Assembly (NCBI GenBank): GCA_965248835.1
Contig: CBDFLJ010000002.1
Span: 2,432,001 to 2,496,000, forward strand
Reading direction: 5' to 3'
DNA length: 64,000 nt
From: Alphaproteobacteria bacterium
Lineage (GTDB): Bacteria; Pseudomonadota; Alphaproteobacteria; MPNO01
The first letter of the stretch is position 1; every line of letters begins with the position of its first letter. This document shows positions 37,951 to 47,111 of this stretch, piece by piece. The notes beneath the pieces were generated by a model. It worked only from the letters and a program-made list of their open reading frames with translations. It was not told the origin of the DNA and searched no databases. The position numbers were made by a program, and so were the translations under genes.

Positions 37951-38751
37951 TCACTGTGCGTCGAGGAAGGCGCCGACCACGCCATTGAACCGTTGCGGGG
38001 CCTCGACATGGGGCAGATGGCCGAGGCCTGCCATCTTCTCATAACGGGCGTTTGCGAGGGTGTCGGCGATCCGCCGATTGGACTCCTCGGGCGTGATCCT
38101 GTCCTCGGTTCCGCAGACCACGAGCGTCGGCGCATCGCAGCCGGCGAGCTCGTCGAGGATGTCGGCGTGCGCCAGCATCAGCGTCGCCTGGCGATAGCCC
38201 TCGGGACGGATCGCCGCCATTCCGTCTCGAACCTCGGCGATGATCGCCGGCTCGGTGCCGGGCGCGACAAGCCGGACGGCCCGTTCGGCGGCGACGCCCG
38301 CGGGGCCAAGCGCCTTCAGTGGATCGAGGCGGCCGCGGATCGACCGCTCCTGCATCGCCCGGTCAGCCCTGCCGTAGCCGGTCGCCGCATCGGACAGAAC
38401 CAGGGTCCGAACCTGTCGGGGGTGGCGCCGCCAGAACGCGGCGGCCATCAGGGCGCCCAGTGAATTGCCGACAAGGTGCGCCCGCTCGATATCGAGCGCG
38501 GTCAGCAGCGATGCCAGCACATCGGCGTAATCCCCGGCAACCGGCGTTTGCGCGGCGAGGTCGCCCGAGCCGCCGTAACCCGGAGCGTCCCAGGCGACGG
38601 CCCGGTAGCGGCCGCCGAAATGCACGAGCTGCGCCTGCCAGCCCTGCGACAGGGCGCCGATGCCGTGCAGGAAAACCACTGGGTCGCCGGCGCCGGTCTC
38701 GCGCCAGGCAAGCCGCATCCCGCCGGCATCGGTGTGGTTCAGGTCCGTCAT
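37951..38751 (-). CDS. Alpha/beta hydrolase
   Basis: LHGIG, WDAPGYG, GNSLG, ED and GH catalytic elements. Confidence 0.9.
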   Translation of the reverse strand: MTDLNHTDAGGMRLAWRETGAGDPVVFLHGIGALSQGWQAQLVHFGGRYRAVAWDAPGYGGSGDLAAQTPVAGDYADVLASLLTALDIERAHLVGNSLGALMAAAFWRRHPRQVRTLVLSDAATGYGRADRAMQERSIRGRLDPLKALGPAGVAAERAVRLVAPGTEPAIIAEVRDGMAAIRPEGYRQATLMLAHADILDELAGCDAPTLVVCGTEDRITPEESNRRIADTLANARYEKMAGLGHLPHVEAPQRFNGVVGAFLDAQ

Positions 38752-38839
38752 GTCGACTCCCCTTGTTTCCCGGATCAGGCGGCCGGACTTGACCGCGGGC
38801 GCGCTTTGCAGCGAGCATCAGTTTAACGGAGGGCGAGCG

Positions 38840-40546
38840 ATGGACTACGACATCAAAATCCAGGGCGGCATGCTGGTTGACGGCTCGGGCGCGCGTGCCC
38901 GTGCCGGCGACCTGGGCATCCGCGACGGCCGCATCGTCGCGGTGGGTGAAGCGCCGGGACGCGCGCGGGAGACCATCGAGGCCAAGGACCGCGCCGTCGC
39001 GCCGGGCTTCATCGACATCCATACCCATTACGACGCCCAGGTGATCTGGGACCCGATGCTTTCGATCTCGCCCTGGCACGGGGTGACCAGCGTGGTTGCG
39101 GGCAATTGCGGGTTCGGCATCGCGCCGACCCGGCCCGAACACCGCGAACTGATGATCGCCACGCTGGAGAAGGTCGAGGGCATGAGCGCGGATGCGCTTG
39201 CCGCCGGGCTCGGCGACTGGCCGTTCGAGACCTTCCCCGAATACCTCCGGGCCATCGACCGCAAGGGCGTCGCCATCAATGTCGGCGTCCTGCTCGGCCA
39301 CACCCCGCTGAGGCTCTACGTCATGGGCCGGGAGGCGGTCGAGCGGGAGGCCACCGGCGAGGAGGTCGCGCGCATGCGGGCGATCGCCGCAGACGCGATG
39401 GCCGCAGGCGCCATCGGCTTCTCCTCGTCCACCTCGCCGCTCCATCTCGGCTTCGAGGGCAGGCCGGTGCCGAGCCGACTGGCCGCGTTCGAGGAGGTGC
39501 GCACCCTGGCCGGCGTGCTGCGCGATGCCGGGACCGGTGTGTTCCAGACCGCTGTCAGCGACGAGCCCGACCATGCCGGGTTCGCGCAAATCGCCGCGGA
39601 GACCGGCCGTCCCCTCACCTGGACCGCGCTGCTCACCCGGGCCGGCGAAGGGCCCCAATACATCCACCGCCACCTGGCCGAGACCGAGACGCTGCGGGCC
39701 CGCGGCCTGCCGATCTATCCGCAGGTCTCCTGCCGGCCGCTGACCACCGAGATGCGCTTCCTGGCGCCGTTCTCGCTCGAGCGCATGGCGATGTTCGCGC
39801 CGGTCTCCAAGGCCGACGCCGCCGGCAAGAAGCGGATCTATGCTGATCCCGATTTCCGCGCCGCGCTCAAATACGAGCTCGACCCCGAGGGCGGCCGCGA
39901 GCGTGACGGCTACCGGGTGCGCTTCGCCTGGGAGAAATCGGTGATCTCCTTCTGCGAGCAGGCGCCGGAACTCGAGGACAGGAAGCTGGTCGAGGCCGCT
40001 GCCGAGCGCGGCGTCCACACGGTCGACCTCGCGCTCGATCTGGCGCTGGGCTCCGACCTGATGGCACGGTTCCGCATGCCGGTGGCGAACGCCGAGGAAG
40101 ATCAAGTGGCCGATCTGCTGCGCGATCCCAACACCATCCTCGGCCTGTCCGATGCGGGCGCCCATGCCAGCCAGCTCTGCGATGCCTGCTATGCCACCCA
40201 TCTCCTGGGCTACTGGGTGCGCCAGAAGGGTGTGTTGAGCCTGGAGGAGGCGGTCCGTATGCTGACCTCGGCGACGGCAGAGGTGTTCGGCATCGCCGAA
40301 CGCGGCCGGCTCGCCCGCGGCTACGCCGCCGACGTGGTGGTGTTCGACCCCGACACGGTGGGCGCCGCGCCGCTTGAGCGCGTCAACGACTTCCCCGCCG
40401 GCGCCGACCGGCTGATCTCCAGGGCGGAAGGGATCGAGGCGGTGCTGGTCAACGGCACGCTGCTGCGCCGGGACGGCATCGACATGATCGAGGACCCTGC
40501 CCGCCTGCCCGGCCGGACACTGCGCAACGGCCGCGCCGCGTCCTGA
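38840..40546 (+). CDS. N-acyl-D-amino-acid deacylase family amidohydrolase
   Basis: PGFIDIHTHYD, GNCG and SDAGAH motifs. Confidence 0.9.
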   Translation: MDYDIKIQGGMLVDGSGARARAGDLGIRDGRIVAVGEAPGRARETIEAKDRAVAPGFIDIHTHYDAQVIWDPMLSISPWHGVTSVVAGNCGFGIAPTRPEHRELMIATLEKVEGMSADALAAGLGDWPFETFPEYLRAIDRKGVAINVGVLLGHTPLRLYVMGREAVEREATGEEVARMRAIAADAMAAGAIGFSSSTSPLHLGFEGRPVPSRLAAFEEVRTLAGVLRDAGTGVFQTAVSDEPDHAGFAQIAAETGRPLTWTALLTRAGEGPQYIHRHLAETETLRARGLPIYPQVSCRPLTTEMRFLAPFSLERMAMFAPVSKADAAGKKRIYADPDFRAALKYELDPEGGRERDGYRVRFAWEKSVISFCEQAPELEDRKLVEAAAERGVHTVDLALDLALGSDLMARFRMPVANAEEDQVADLLRDPNTILGLSDAGAHASQLCDACYATHLLGYWVRQKGVLSLEEAVRMLTSATAEVFGIAERGRLARGYAADVVVFDPDTVGAAPLERVNDFPAGADRLISRAEGIEAVLVNGTLLRRDGIDMIEDPARLPGRTLRNGRAAS

Positions 40547-40569
40547 CCGAGTCCCCCGCGAGGCCCGTC

Positions 40570-41472
40570 ATGGACTACGATTTCGTTCCGCTTCCCGAGC
40601 GCAAGGCGTTGCGCTGGCCCAACGGTGCCAGGCTCGCGGTCATCCTGACCATCAATCTCGAATATTGGGAGCTCACCCGCGAGCAGACCGAACCGCTCTA
40701 CCCCGGCGGCCCGGCAAGCATCCCCCACCCCCTGCCCGGCAACGTGCCGGACTACGTCAACTGGACCTGGCGGGAGTACGGCCACCGCATCGGGGTGTGG
40801 CGCATCATCGAGACGCTGGATGCGGCGGGCGTGCCGGCCTCATGCACGATGAACGCGCGCATGGCAACCGACCGCAGGCAGGTGATCGATGCGGTCGAGG
40901 AGCGCGGCTGGGAGCTGGTGCCGCACAACTGGGCGCAGAACGACATCCTGACCGACTACGCCGACGACCCCGACGCCGAGCGCGCGGTCATCCGCCGGAC
41001 GCTCGATATCTACGAGCAGGTGCTCGGCCGGCCGGCCAAGGGCTGGCTGTCCTCGTCATTGCGGCCGACCCGGCGCACGCCGGAGACCCTGACCGAGTTC
41101 GGCTGCCGCTTCTTCTGCGATTTCATCAACGACGACCAGCCCTATCTGCTGCGCACCGGGAACGGTCCGCTGGTATGCGTGCCCTACTCCAACGACGTCA
41201 ACGATTTCAACATGTTCGCCCGTGGCGGCATGACGTTGGACCAGGGTCTGACGACCCTGCGCGAGCAGTTCGACCAGCTCTATGCCGAGGGCGCGCACAG
41301 CATGCGGATCATGAATTTCGGCATGCACCCGCATGTCATGGGCCAGGCCTACCGGATCCGCGCGCTGCGCGACTTCCTCGCCTATATCGCCGATTTCGAG
41401 GACGTCTGGTTCCCCAAGCGCGAGGAAATCGCCGCGTGGTATCTGGACCACCACCACGAGCACATCGGCTGA
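40570..41472 (+). CDS. Polysaccharide deacetylase family protein (PuuE-like)
   Basis: WPNGARLAV, REYG.RIG.WR, DDQPY and HPH..GQ motifs. Confidence 0.9.
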   Translation: MDYDFVPLPERKALRWPNGARLAVILTINLEYWELTREQTEPLYPGGPASIPHPLPGNVPDYVNWTWREYGHRIGVWRIIETLDAAGVPASCTMNARMATDRRQVIDAVEERGWELVPHNWAQNDILTDYADDPDAERAVIRRTLDIYEQVLGRPAKGWLSSSLRPTRRTPETLTEFGCRFFCDFINDDQPYLLRTGNGPLVCVPYSNDVNDFNMFARGGMTLDQGLTTLREQFDQLYAEGAHSMRIMNFGMHPHVMGQAYRIRALRDFLAYIADFEDVWFPKREEIAAWYLDHHHEHIG

Positions 41473-41491
41473 GCGCCCCGCGCCGGACGGG

Positions 41492-41827
41492 TCAGCCCCG
41501 CGCCCCGCCGGTTGCGGCCGCCATCGCGCTCAGCGCGTCCTCCCAGTCGCCCCGGCTGAAGGTCATGATCCGCAGCGGCTCGCCCGGCCGCCAGCAGAGA
41601 TCCAAGGCGATCAGCGGCGGTGCGACGACCAGCCGGTAGAGTCCCCGCCATTTGGGGTCTTTGGGAATATCGGCCGGGGACACCGTATGGCTGGGCACCG
41701 AGTCGGGCAGGTCGGGTCCGGTGCAGCGGATCTCGCAGGCCATGCCATGGGCCATCGTCGTCTGAAACCGCCAGGTCGACTCGCCGGGCTCCCCGTCCCG
41801 GGTCCGCGCACCCTCGCGCGCGAGCAC
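41492..41827 (-). CDS. Hypothetical protein, possibly 5'-truncated
   Basis: GC3-biased open frame that extends upstream past 41910 without an ATG. Confidence 0.5.
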   Translation of the reverse strand: MLAREGARTRDGEPGESTWRFQTTMAHGMACEIRCTGPDLPDSVPSHTVSPADIPKDPKWRGLYRLVVAPPLIALDLCWRPGEPLRIMTFSRGDWEDALSAMAAATGGARG

Positions 41828-41915
41828 GGCCAGCGCCGCCTCGGCCAGTTCCTTCAGTTCGGGCGCGGTCTCGCTCGACCGGCCCTCGGTCTCGATCGTG
41901 CGGTAGGATCGGCTG

Positions 41916-42842
41916 CTAGCGCTCTCCTTTGGGGGTCTTATAGCCTTCCTCCTTGCGGATCCTCATGTACCGGCGAAAGATGTCGCGTTTCTCGGCGTCG
42001 CCGTTCTCCTTGTAGATATACGGGCAGACGTCGACGCAGATGTGGCAATAGGACTCGCGGAACCGCGAGATCGGGTAGCATTTGTCGATATCCGTCAGCC
42101 AGCGCTTGACGCCGTTGGTGGTGATGTAGTCGTCGGGGATGGCATCGCCCGGGCAGTTATTGCGGCAGAGATTGCAGGTCATGCAATAGTCCTGAACCCC
42201 GAACTCGTAAGGCTTGTCGTGGGCCAGCGGCAGGTCGGTGGTCACGAAGCCGGGTCTGAAGTTGGCCCCGAGCTCGGGATGGATCAGGCTGCCGTGGCGG
42301 CCGAGCTCGCCGAACCCGACCTCGTAGAACACCGGGATCGCCTGGATCTGGAAGGAGCCGTTGTGGTGGGCGACGGCGGGATAGCCGAGCTCCTCGCGGA
42401 TCTGACGGGCAAGCTCGGTCGCGATGTCGGCGCAGCGCGCATAGGTGCTCATCGCCTCCAGATCGACTGCGGCCGGGCTCTCGATCGACTTCGCATAGTC
42501 CTCGTAGCAGATCACCGCGATCACGTTCTCGTGGGGCAGATCGACCCCGAGCTCGATGAATTCGGGCTTCAGCGCGGTCATCCCCGTGTCCGCGGCACCG
42601 AGCGCGGCCGCGCGGGCCTTGATATCCGCGCTCATCGCCGCAGGGTCGGTGACCGGCACCGTTTGGGGATTCACCGGGCCATCGCGCAGCGGGGTCAGGT
42701 CGTTCCAGTGCTGCATCGCTGCATCGCGTTCGGGGAAGCGGTGCTGCCACAACGGAACGTCATCCATGCCCCGGTCACGCAGGGACGCGCACAGCAGGGC
42801 ATCCTGCATGCCCTGTTCGCGTATCCAGCTCGAGCCGATCAT
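41916..42842 (-). CDS. Reductive dehalogenase-like (RdhA/QueG superfamily) 2x[4Fe-4S] protein
   Basis: GFGELGRHG, VTTDLPL..DKP, CxxCxxCxxxCP and C-x10-CxxCxxxCP motifs; no Tat signal. Confidence 0.82.
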   Translation of the reverse strand: MIGSSWIREQGMQDALLCASLRDRGMDDVPLWQHRFPERDAAMQHWNDLTPLRDGPVNPQTVPVTDPAAMSADIKARAAALGAADTGMTALKPEFIELGVDLPHENVIAVICYEDYAKSIESPAAVDLEAMSTYARCADIATELARQIREELGYPAVAHHNGSFQIQAIPVFYEVGFGELGRHGSLIHPELGANFRPGFVTTDLPLAHDKPYEFGVQDYCMTCNLCRNNCPGDAIPDDYITTNGVKRWLTDIDKCYPISRFRESYCHICVDVCPYIYKENGDAEKRDIFRRYMRIRKEEGYKTPKGER

Positions 42843-42930
42843 CGTCGAATTCCCCGCTTTGCCGTCATTTACGATGCAATCCTGGCATGGAGCCGGGTTG
42901 CGGACCAGGGTCCATTCGCGCTGCAGCGAG

Positions 42931-43917
42931 TCAGCCGCCCATCCGCAGCACCACCTTGCCGCGGACCTGGCGGTCGCGGATGACGTCGAAGGCCTTGACA
43001 TAGTCCTCCATCGCGAAACACGCCTGGACCGGCACGGTGATCTTGCCGTCGAGATAGAGCTGGAAGATCTCGGCCTGCACGCGGTGGACCCAATCGGGAT
43101 CGCGGTCGCGGTAGGTCGACCAGTTGACCCCGGTCACGGCGATGTTCTTGAGCAGGACATAGTTGGTCTTGAGTGACGGGATCCGGCCGCCGGTGAAGCC
43201 GACCACCACGATCCTGCCGCGGAAATCGAGCGCCCGGACGGCGCCGTCGAAGACATCGCCGCCGACCATCTCGATGACCACATCCACGGCCCCGCTGGCC
43301 GCCTTGACCTGGTCGCGCACCGTGTCTCTGAGCGCGCCGCCGGACAGATCGATGACGTGATCGGCGCCGGCCTCGCGTGCGATGCCGGCCTTGGACATGG
43401 TGGTCAGGCCGGCGATCACGGTGCAGCCGAAGGCCTTGGCGAGCTGGACTGCCGCGATCCCGACGCTGCCGGTGGCCGCGCTGACCAGGACCCGCTCGCC
43501 GGGCTTCACGGCGGCGCGGTCGACGAGTGCGAAATGCGCGGTCTGGTAAGCGACGCCGATCGCCGCGGCGGCATCGAAGTCCATCGCATCGGGGATCGGG
43601 AAGCACAACGAGGCGGGCACGACCATGCGCTCGCAAAACGTCCCCCATTCGGCCTGGACCATCACCCGATCGCCGACGGACAGGCCTTGCACCCCCTCGC
43701 CCAGCGCCGCGACGACGCCCGCGCCTTCCTTTCCGGGGCTGAACGGATGGGGCGGAATGACCTGGTATTTCCCCTCGATCACCAGGAGATCGGGGAAGTT
43801 GACCGCGGCCGCTTTGATATCGACCGCCACCGCGCCCGGCCCGGGGACGGGGTCCGGCAGGTCTTCGATCACCAGATCCTCCGGCGTGCCGACCGATTTG
43901 GCGAGAATTGCGCGCAT
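42931..43917 (-). CDS. NADPH:quinone oxidoreductase family (MDR)
   Basis: VNFPDLL..GKYQ, PG.E and GKVVL motifs. Confidence 0.92.
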   Translation of the reverse strand: MRAILAKSVGTPEDLVIEDLPDPVPGPGAVAVDIKAAAVNFPDLLVIEGKYQVIPPHPFSPGKEGAGVVAALGEGVQGLSVGDRVMVQAEWGTFCERMVVPASLCFPIPDAMDFDAAAAIGVAYQTAHFALVDRAAVKPGERVLVSAATGSVGIAAVQLAKAFGCTVIAGLTTMSKAGIAREAGADHVIDLSGGALRDTVRDQVKAASGAVDVVIEMVGGDVFDGAVRALDFRGRIVVVGFTGGRIPSLKTNYVLLKNIAVTGVNWSTYRDRDPDWVHRVQAEIFQLYLDGKITVPVQACFAMEDYVKAFDVIRDRQVRGKVVLRMGG

Positions 43918-44040
43918 CAAAAGCTCCTGGTTGACACATTCCGGAAAAACCATTTGCTGGCGTTTCCCGCCTCGACCTTCCAGGGCGCAGCGGGCAGGGT
44001 GCCCATGGACGCCCCGGCGGCTGCCGGGAATGGAGGGGCC

Positions 44041-45159
44041 ATGTTAATCGGTGTACCGAAGGAGATTAAGACCGAAGAGCACAGGGTCGGGATGACTCCG
44101 GGCTCGGTCAACGAGCTCACCCGGCGCGGCCATGAGGTGGTCGTCCAGACCGGGGCTGCCCACCGCATCGGCATCGACGACGCCGACTACGTCGCCGCCG
44201 GGGCTCGGATCGCCGCCGACGAGGCCGAGGTCTTCGCCGAGGCCGACATGATCGTCAAGGTCAAGGAGCCGCAGCCGGTCGAGCTTGCGATGCTGCGCGA
44301 GGGTCAGGTGCTGTTCACCTATCTCCACCTGGCACCCGATCCCGACCAGACCAGCGGCCTGATCGAGTCCGGCTGCATCGCGATCGCCTACGAGACCGTC
44401 ACCGATGTCCATGGCGGGCTGCCGCTGCTCACCCCGATGAGCGAGGTCGCCGGCCGCTTGGCGGTCCAGGCCGGCGCCAACTGTCTGGAGATCGCCAAGG
44501 GCGGCTGCGGCATGCTGCTGGGCGGCGTGCCCGGCGTCCACCCCGGCAAGGTGGTGGTGATCGGCGGCGGGGTCGTCGGCACCAATTCGGTCTTCGTCGC
44601 CAAGGGGCTAGGCGCCAGCGTGACGGTCATCGACACCGCGCTGCGCCGGCTCGCCCAGCTCGATTTTCAATTCCAGTCCGCGATCACCACCTTGTATTCG
44701 ACCACCGACACGATCGAGCGCGAATTGACCGACGCCGACCTCGTGATCGGCGCGGTGCTGCTGCCGGGTGCCGAGACGCCCAAGCTGGTCACTGCCGACA
44801 TGGTGCGGCGGATGAAGCGCGGCTCGGTCATCGTCGACGTCGCGATCGATCAGGGTGGCTGCTGCGAGACCAGCCGGCCGACGACTCACAGCGCGCCGAC
44901 CTTCGTGGTCGACGAGGTGGTGCATTACTGCGTGGCCAACATCCCGGGCGCGGTCGCGCGCACCTCGACGTTTGCGCTCAACAACGCCACCCTGCCCTTC
45001 ATCATCCGGCTCGCCCAGCGCGGCTACCGTGAAGCGATGGCACTCGACCCGCATCTGCTGGCTGGGCTCAACGTCCACCGGGGCCGGCTGACTTACGACG
45101 CCGTCGCCGAGGCGCAGAACCGCGACTTCGTGCCGGCCGAAGAGGCGCTGGCCGCCTAA
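44041..45159 (+). CDS. ald: Alanine dehydrogenase
   Basis: [28 protein letters not shown] and DVAIDQGG motifs. Confidence 0.97.
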   Translation: MLIGVPKEIKTEEHRVGMTPGSVNELTRRGHEVVVQTGAAHRIGIDDADYVAAGARIAADEAEVFAEADMIVKVKEPQPVELAMLREGQVLFTYLHLAPDPDQTSGLIESGCIAIAYETVTDVHGGLPLLTPMSEVAGRLAVQAGANCLEIAKGGCGMLLGGVPGVHPGKVVVIGGGVVGTNSVFVAKGLGASVTVIDTALRRLAQLDFQFQSAITTLYSTTDTIERELTDADLVIGAVLLPGAETPKLVTADMVRRMKRGSVIVDVAIDQGGCCETSRPTTHSAPTFVVDEVVHYCVANIPGAVARTSTFALNNATLPFIIRLAQRGYREAMALDPHLLAGLNVHRGRLTYDAVAEAQNRDFVPAEEALAA

Positions 45160-45281
45160 CCGCCCGTTCCGGACAGGCTGGACCGGCGGGTTCGGCGGCC
45201 GCGCGCGCCCGGCCGCGTTCCCACGCCCGGCCCGAGCCGATAGGATGAGCGGCATCGTCGAAGGGCAAGGGGGCGGAACAA

Positions 45282-46187
45282 ATGGCCGGGATGACCGCGG
45301 GCATGATCGGCCTCGGCATGATGGGCGCGCCGATGGCGGCGCGCATCGTCGGGGCGGGCCATGCGGTCCGCCTATACGACTCCGCCGCGGCCCGGCTGGA
45401 TGAAGTGGCGGAAGCAACCGGCGGCACCGCCGCCTCCGGACCGGCCGATGCGGCCGCGGGCGCCGATCTGGTGATCACCATGCTGCCGACCGGCGCCGAT
45501 GTGGCGTGCACCGCTCTCGGCCAAGGAGGGATCGCGGACGGCTTCGGCGGCAGCGGCGTTCTGGTCGACATGAGCTCGTCGGAGCCCACGGGCACGGTGG
45601 CGCTGGCCGCCGAGCTCGCCCGGCACGGCATCGACATGATCGACGCGCCGGTCTCTGGCGGCCGCGCCGGGGCGGTCGACGGCACGCTGACCATCATGGC
45701 CGGCGGTGATCCGGGCGTCATCGAACGCTGCCGCCCGGTGCTCGAGGCGATGGGCAGGCGCATCGTCCACACCGGCGCGCTCGGCAGCGGCCACGCGCTC
45801 AAATCGCTCAACAACACGATCAGCGCGGCCGGGCTGTTGATCGCAACCGAGGCCTTCCTGGTCGGCCGGCGCTTCGGGCTCGAGCCCGCGGTGATGGCCG
45901 AGGTGGTCAACAGCTCGACCGGCATGAACCACGCCACGCTCAACAAGATGGGGCGGTTCGTCTTTTCGCGCGAATTCGATTCCGGGTTTTCGCTCGACCT
46001 GATGGTCAAGGACCTCGAGATCGCGCTGGGGCTCGCCCGCGATACCGGGACCGCAACACCGTTCGCCGCGCTGAGCCGAGAGATCTGGGCCCAGGCCAAG
46101 AACAACCTGGAGCCCGGGCGCGATCACACCGAGATCGTCCGCTGGCTGGAGCGCAGCGCGGGCGCAGAGCTCGCAAACTCTTCGTGA
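45282..46187 (+). CDS. 3-hydroxyisobutyrate dehydrogenase family oxidoreductase
   Basis: IGLGMMG, DAPVSGG, K..NN and KDL motifs. Confidence 0.92.
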   Translation: MAGMTAGMIGLGMMGAPMAARIVGAGHAVRLYDSAAARLDEVAEATGGTAASGPADAAAGADLVITMLPTGADVACTALGQGGIADGFGGSGVLVDMSSSEPTGTVALAAELARHGIDMIDAPVSGGRAGAVDGTLTIMAGGDPGVIERCRPVLEAMGRRIVHTGALGSGHALKSLNNTISAAGLLIATEAFLVGRRFGLEPAVMAEVVNSSTGMNHATLNKMGRFVFSREFDSGFSLDLMVKDLEIALGLARDTGTATPFAALSREIWAQAKNNLEPGRDHTEIVRWLERSAGAELANSS

Positions 46188-47068
46188 CCTCCGGGGCCGA
46201 AGACCCGCCCGCAAGCTACCGTCCCGAGCCGAACAACCTGCGCGGGATATTGTGGATGCTGCTCGCGGTGACTGCGCTGACGGGGATGTTCGCCATCATC
46301 AAGCAGATGGCGAGCGAGCTCCCGTTTCTCGTCATCGCCCTGATCCGCACGCTGGTCGCGCTGATCGTTCTGTCGCCGTGGCTGATCCGCCGCGGCTGGG
46401 CGGGAATCGCGACCCGTCGTCTGAAAACCCATATGCTGCGGTCCTTCTTCGGGATCGCCTCGTTCGCCTGCATCACCTATGCGGTCGGCGCGCTGCTGCT
46501 GTCCGATACGATGGTGCTCTCGTTCACCTCGCCGTTATGGTCGATCGTGATTTCCGCGCTGGTCCTGGGCGAGGCGATCCGCCGCGACCGCACCCTTGCG
46601 ACGATCGGCGGGTTCATCGGCGTCGTGCTGATCGTCAAGCCGCAAGCCGGGCTCGACCCGGCGATGCTGATCGCGCTGGCGAGTGCGCTGCTGACCAGCG
46701 GCGCGATGATCACGATGAAGAGCCTGTCGGCGACCGAGCCGCCCGACCGCAACGTGTTCTATTTCTTCTTCTTCGGCTCGCTATTCCTGTTGGGCCCAGC
46801 GATCGCGACATGGCAGACCCCGACCTGGCCGCAGTGGGGCTGGCTGTTGGCCGCCGGGCTGCTCGGCAGCTTCGGGCAGAGCTTCCTGGCCCGGGCCTAT
46901 GACGCCGCCGAGGTGACCGCGATCGCCCCGCTCGACTTCCTGCGGATGCCGCTCGCCGCGGTATTCGGGTTCGTGATCTTCGACGAGGTGCCCGATGCCT
47001 GGTCGGCGGCCGGCACCATCGTGATTTTCGCAGCCCTGTTGTTCATCACCCGACGGGCCGCGCGGTGA
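46184..47068 (+). CDS. DMT/EamA family transporter
   Basis: About ten hydrophobic segments; FTSPLW and LGE motifs; GTGA overlap. Confidence 0.9.
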   Translation: MTSGAEDPPASYRPEPNNLRGILWMLLAVTALTGMFAIIKQMASELPFLVIALIRTLVALIVLSPWLIRRGWAGIATRRLKTHMLRSFFGIASFACITYAVGALLLSDTMVLSFTSPLWSIVISALVLGEAIRRDRTLATIGGFIGVVLIVKPQAGLDPAMLIALASALLTSGAMITMKSLSATEPPDRNVFYFFFFGSLFLLGPAIATWQTPTWPQWGWLLAAGLLGSFGQSFLARAYDAAEVTAIAPLDFLRMPLAAVFGFVIFDEVPDAWSAAGTIVIFAALLFITRRAAR

Positions 47069-47111
47069 CCGCGATCTTGCATCGGCCGTCCCGGTGCTCA
47101 AGAATTGCCCC

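Noticed and set aside
38840-40580. Two adjacent genes both start ATGGACTACGA
   Set aside because: Only 11 nt, unrelated protein families, no further similarity
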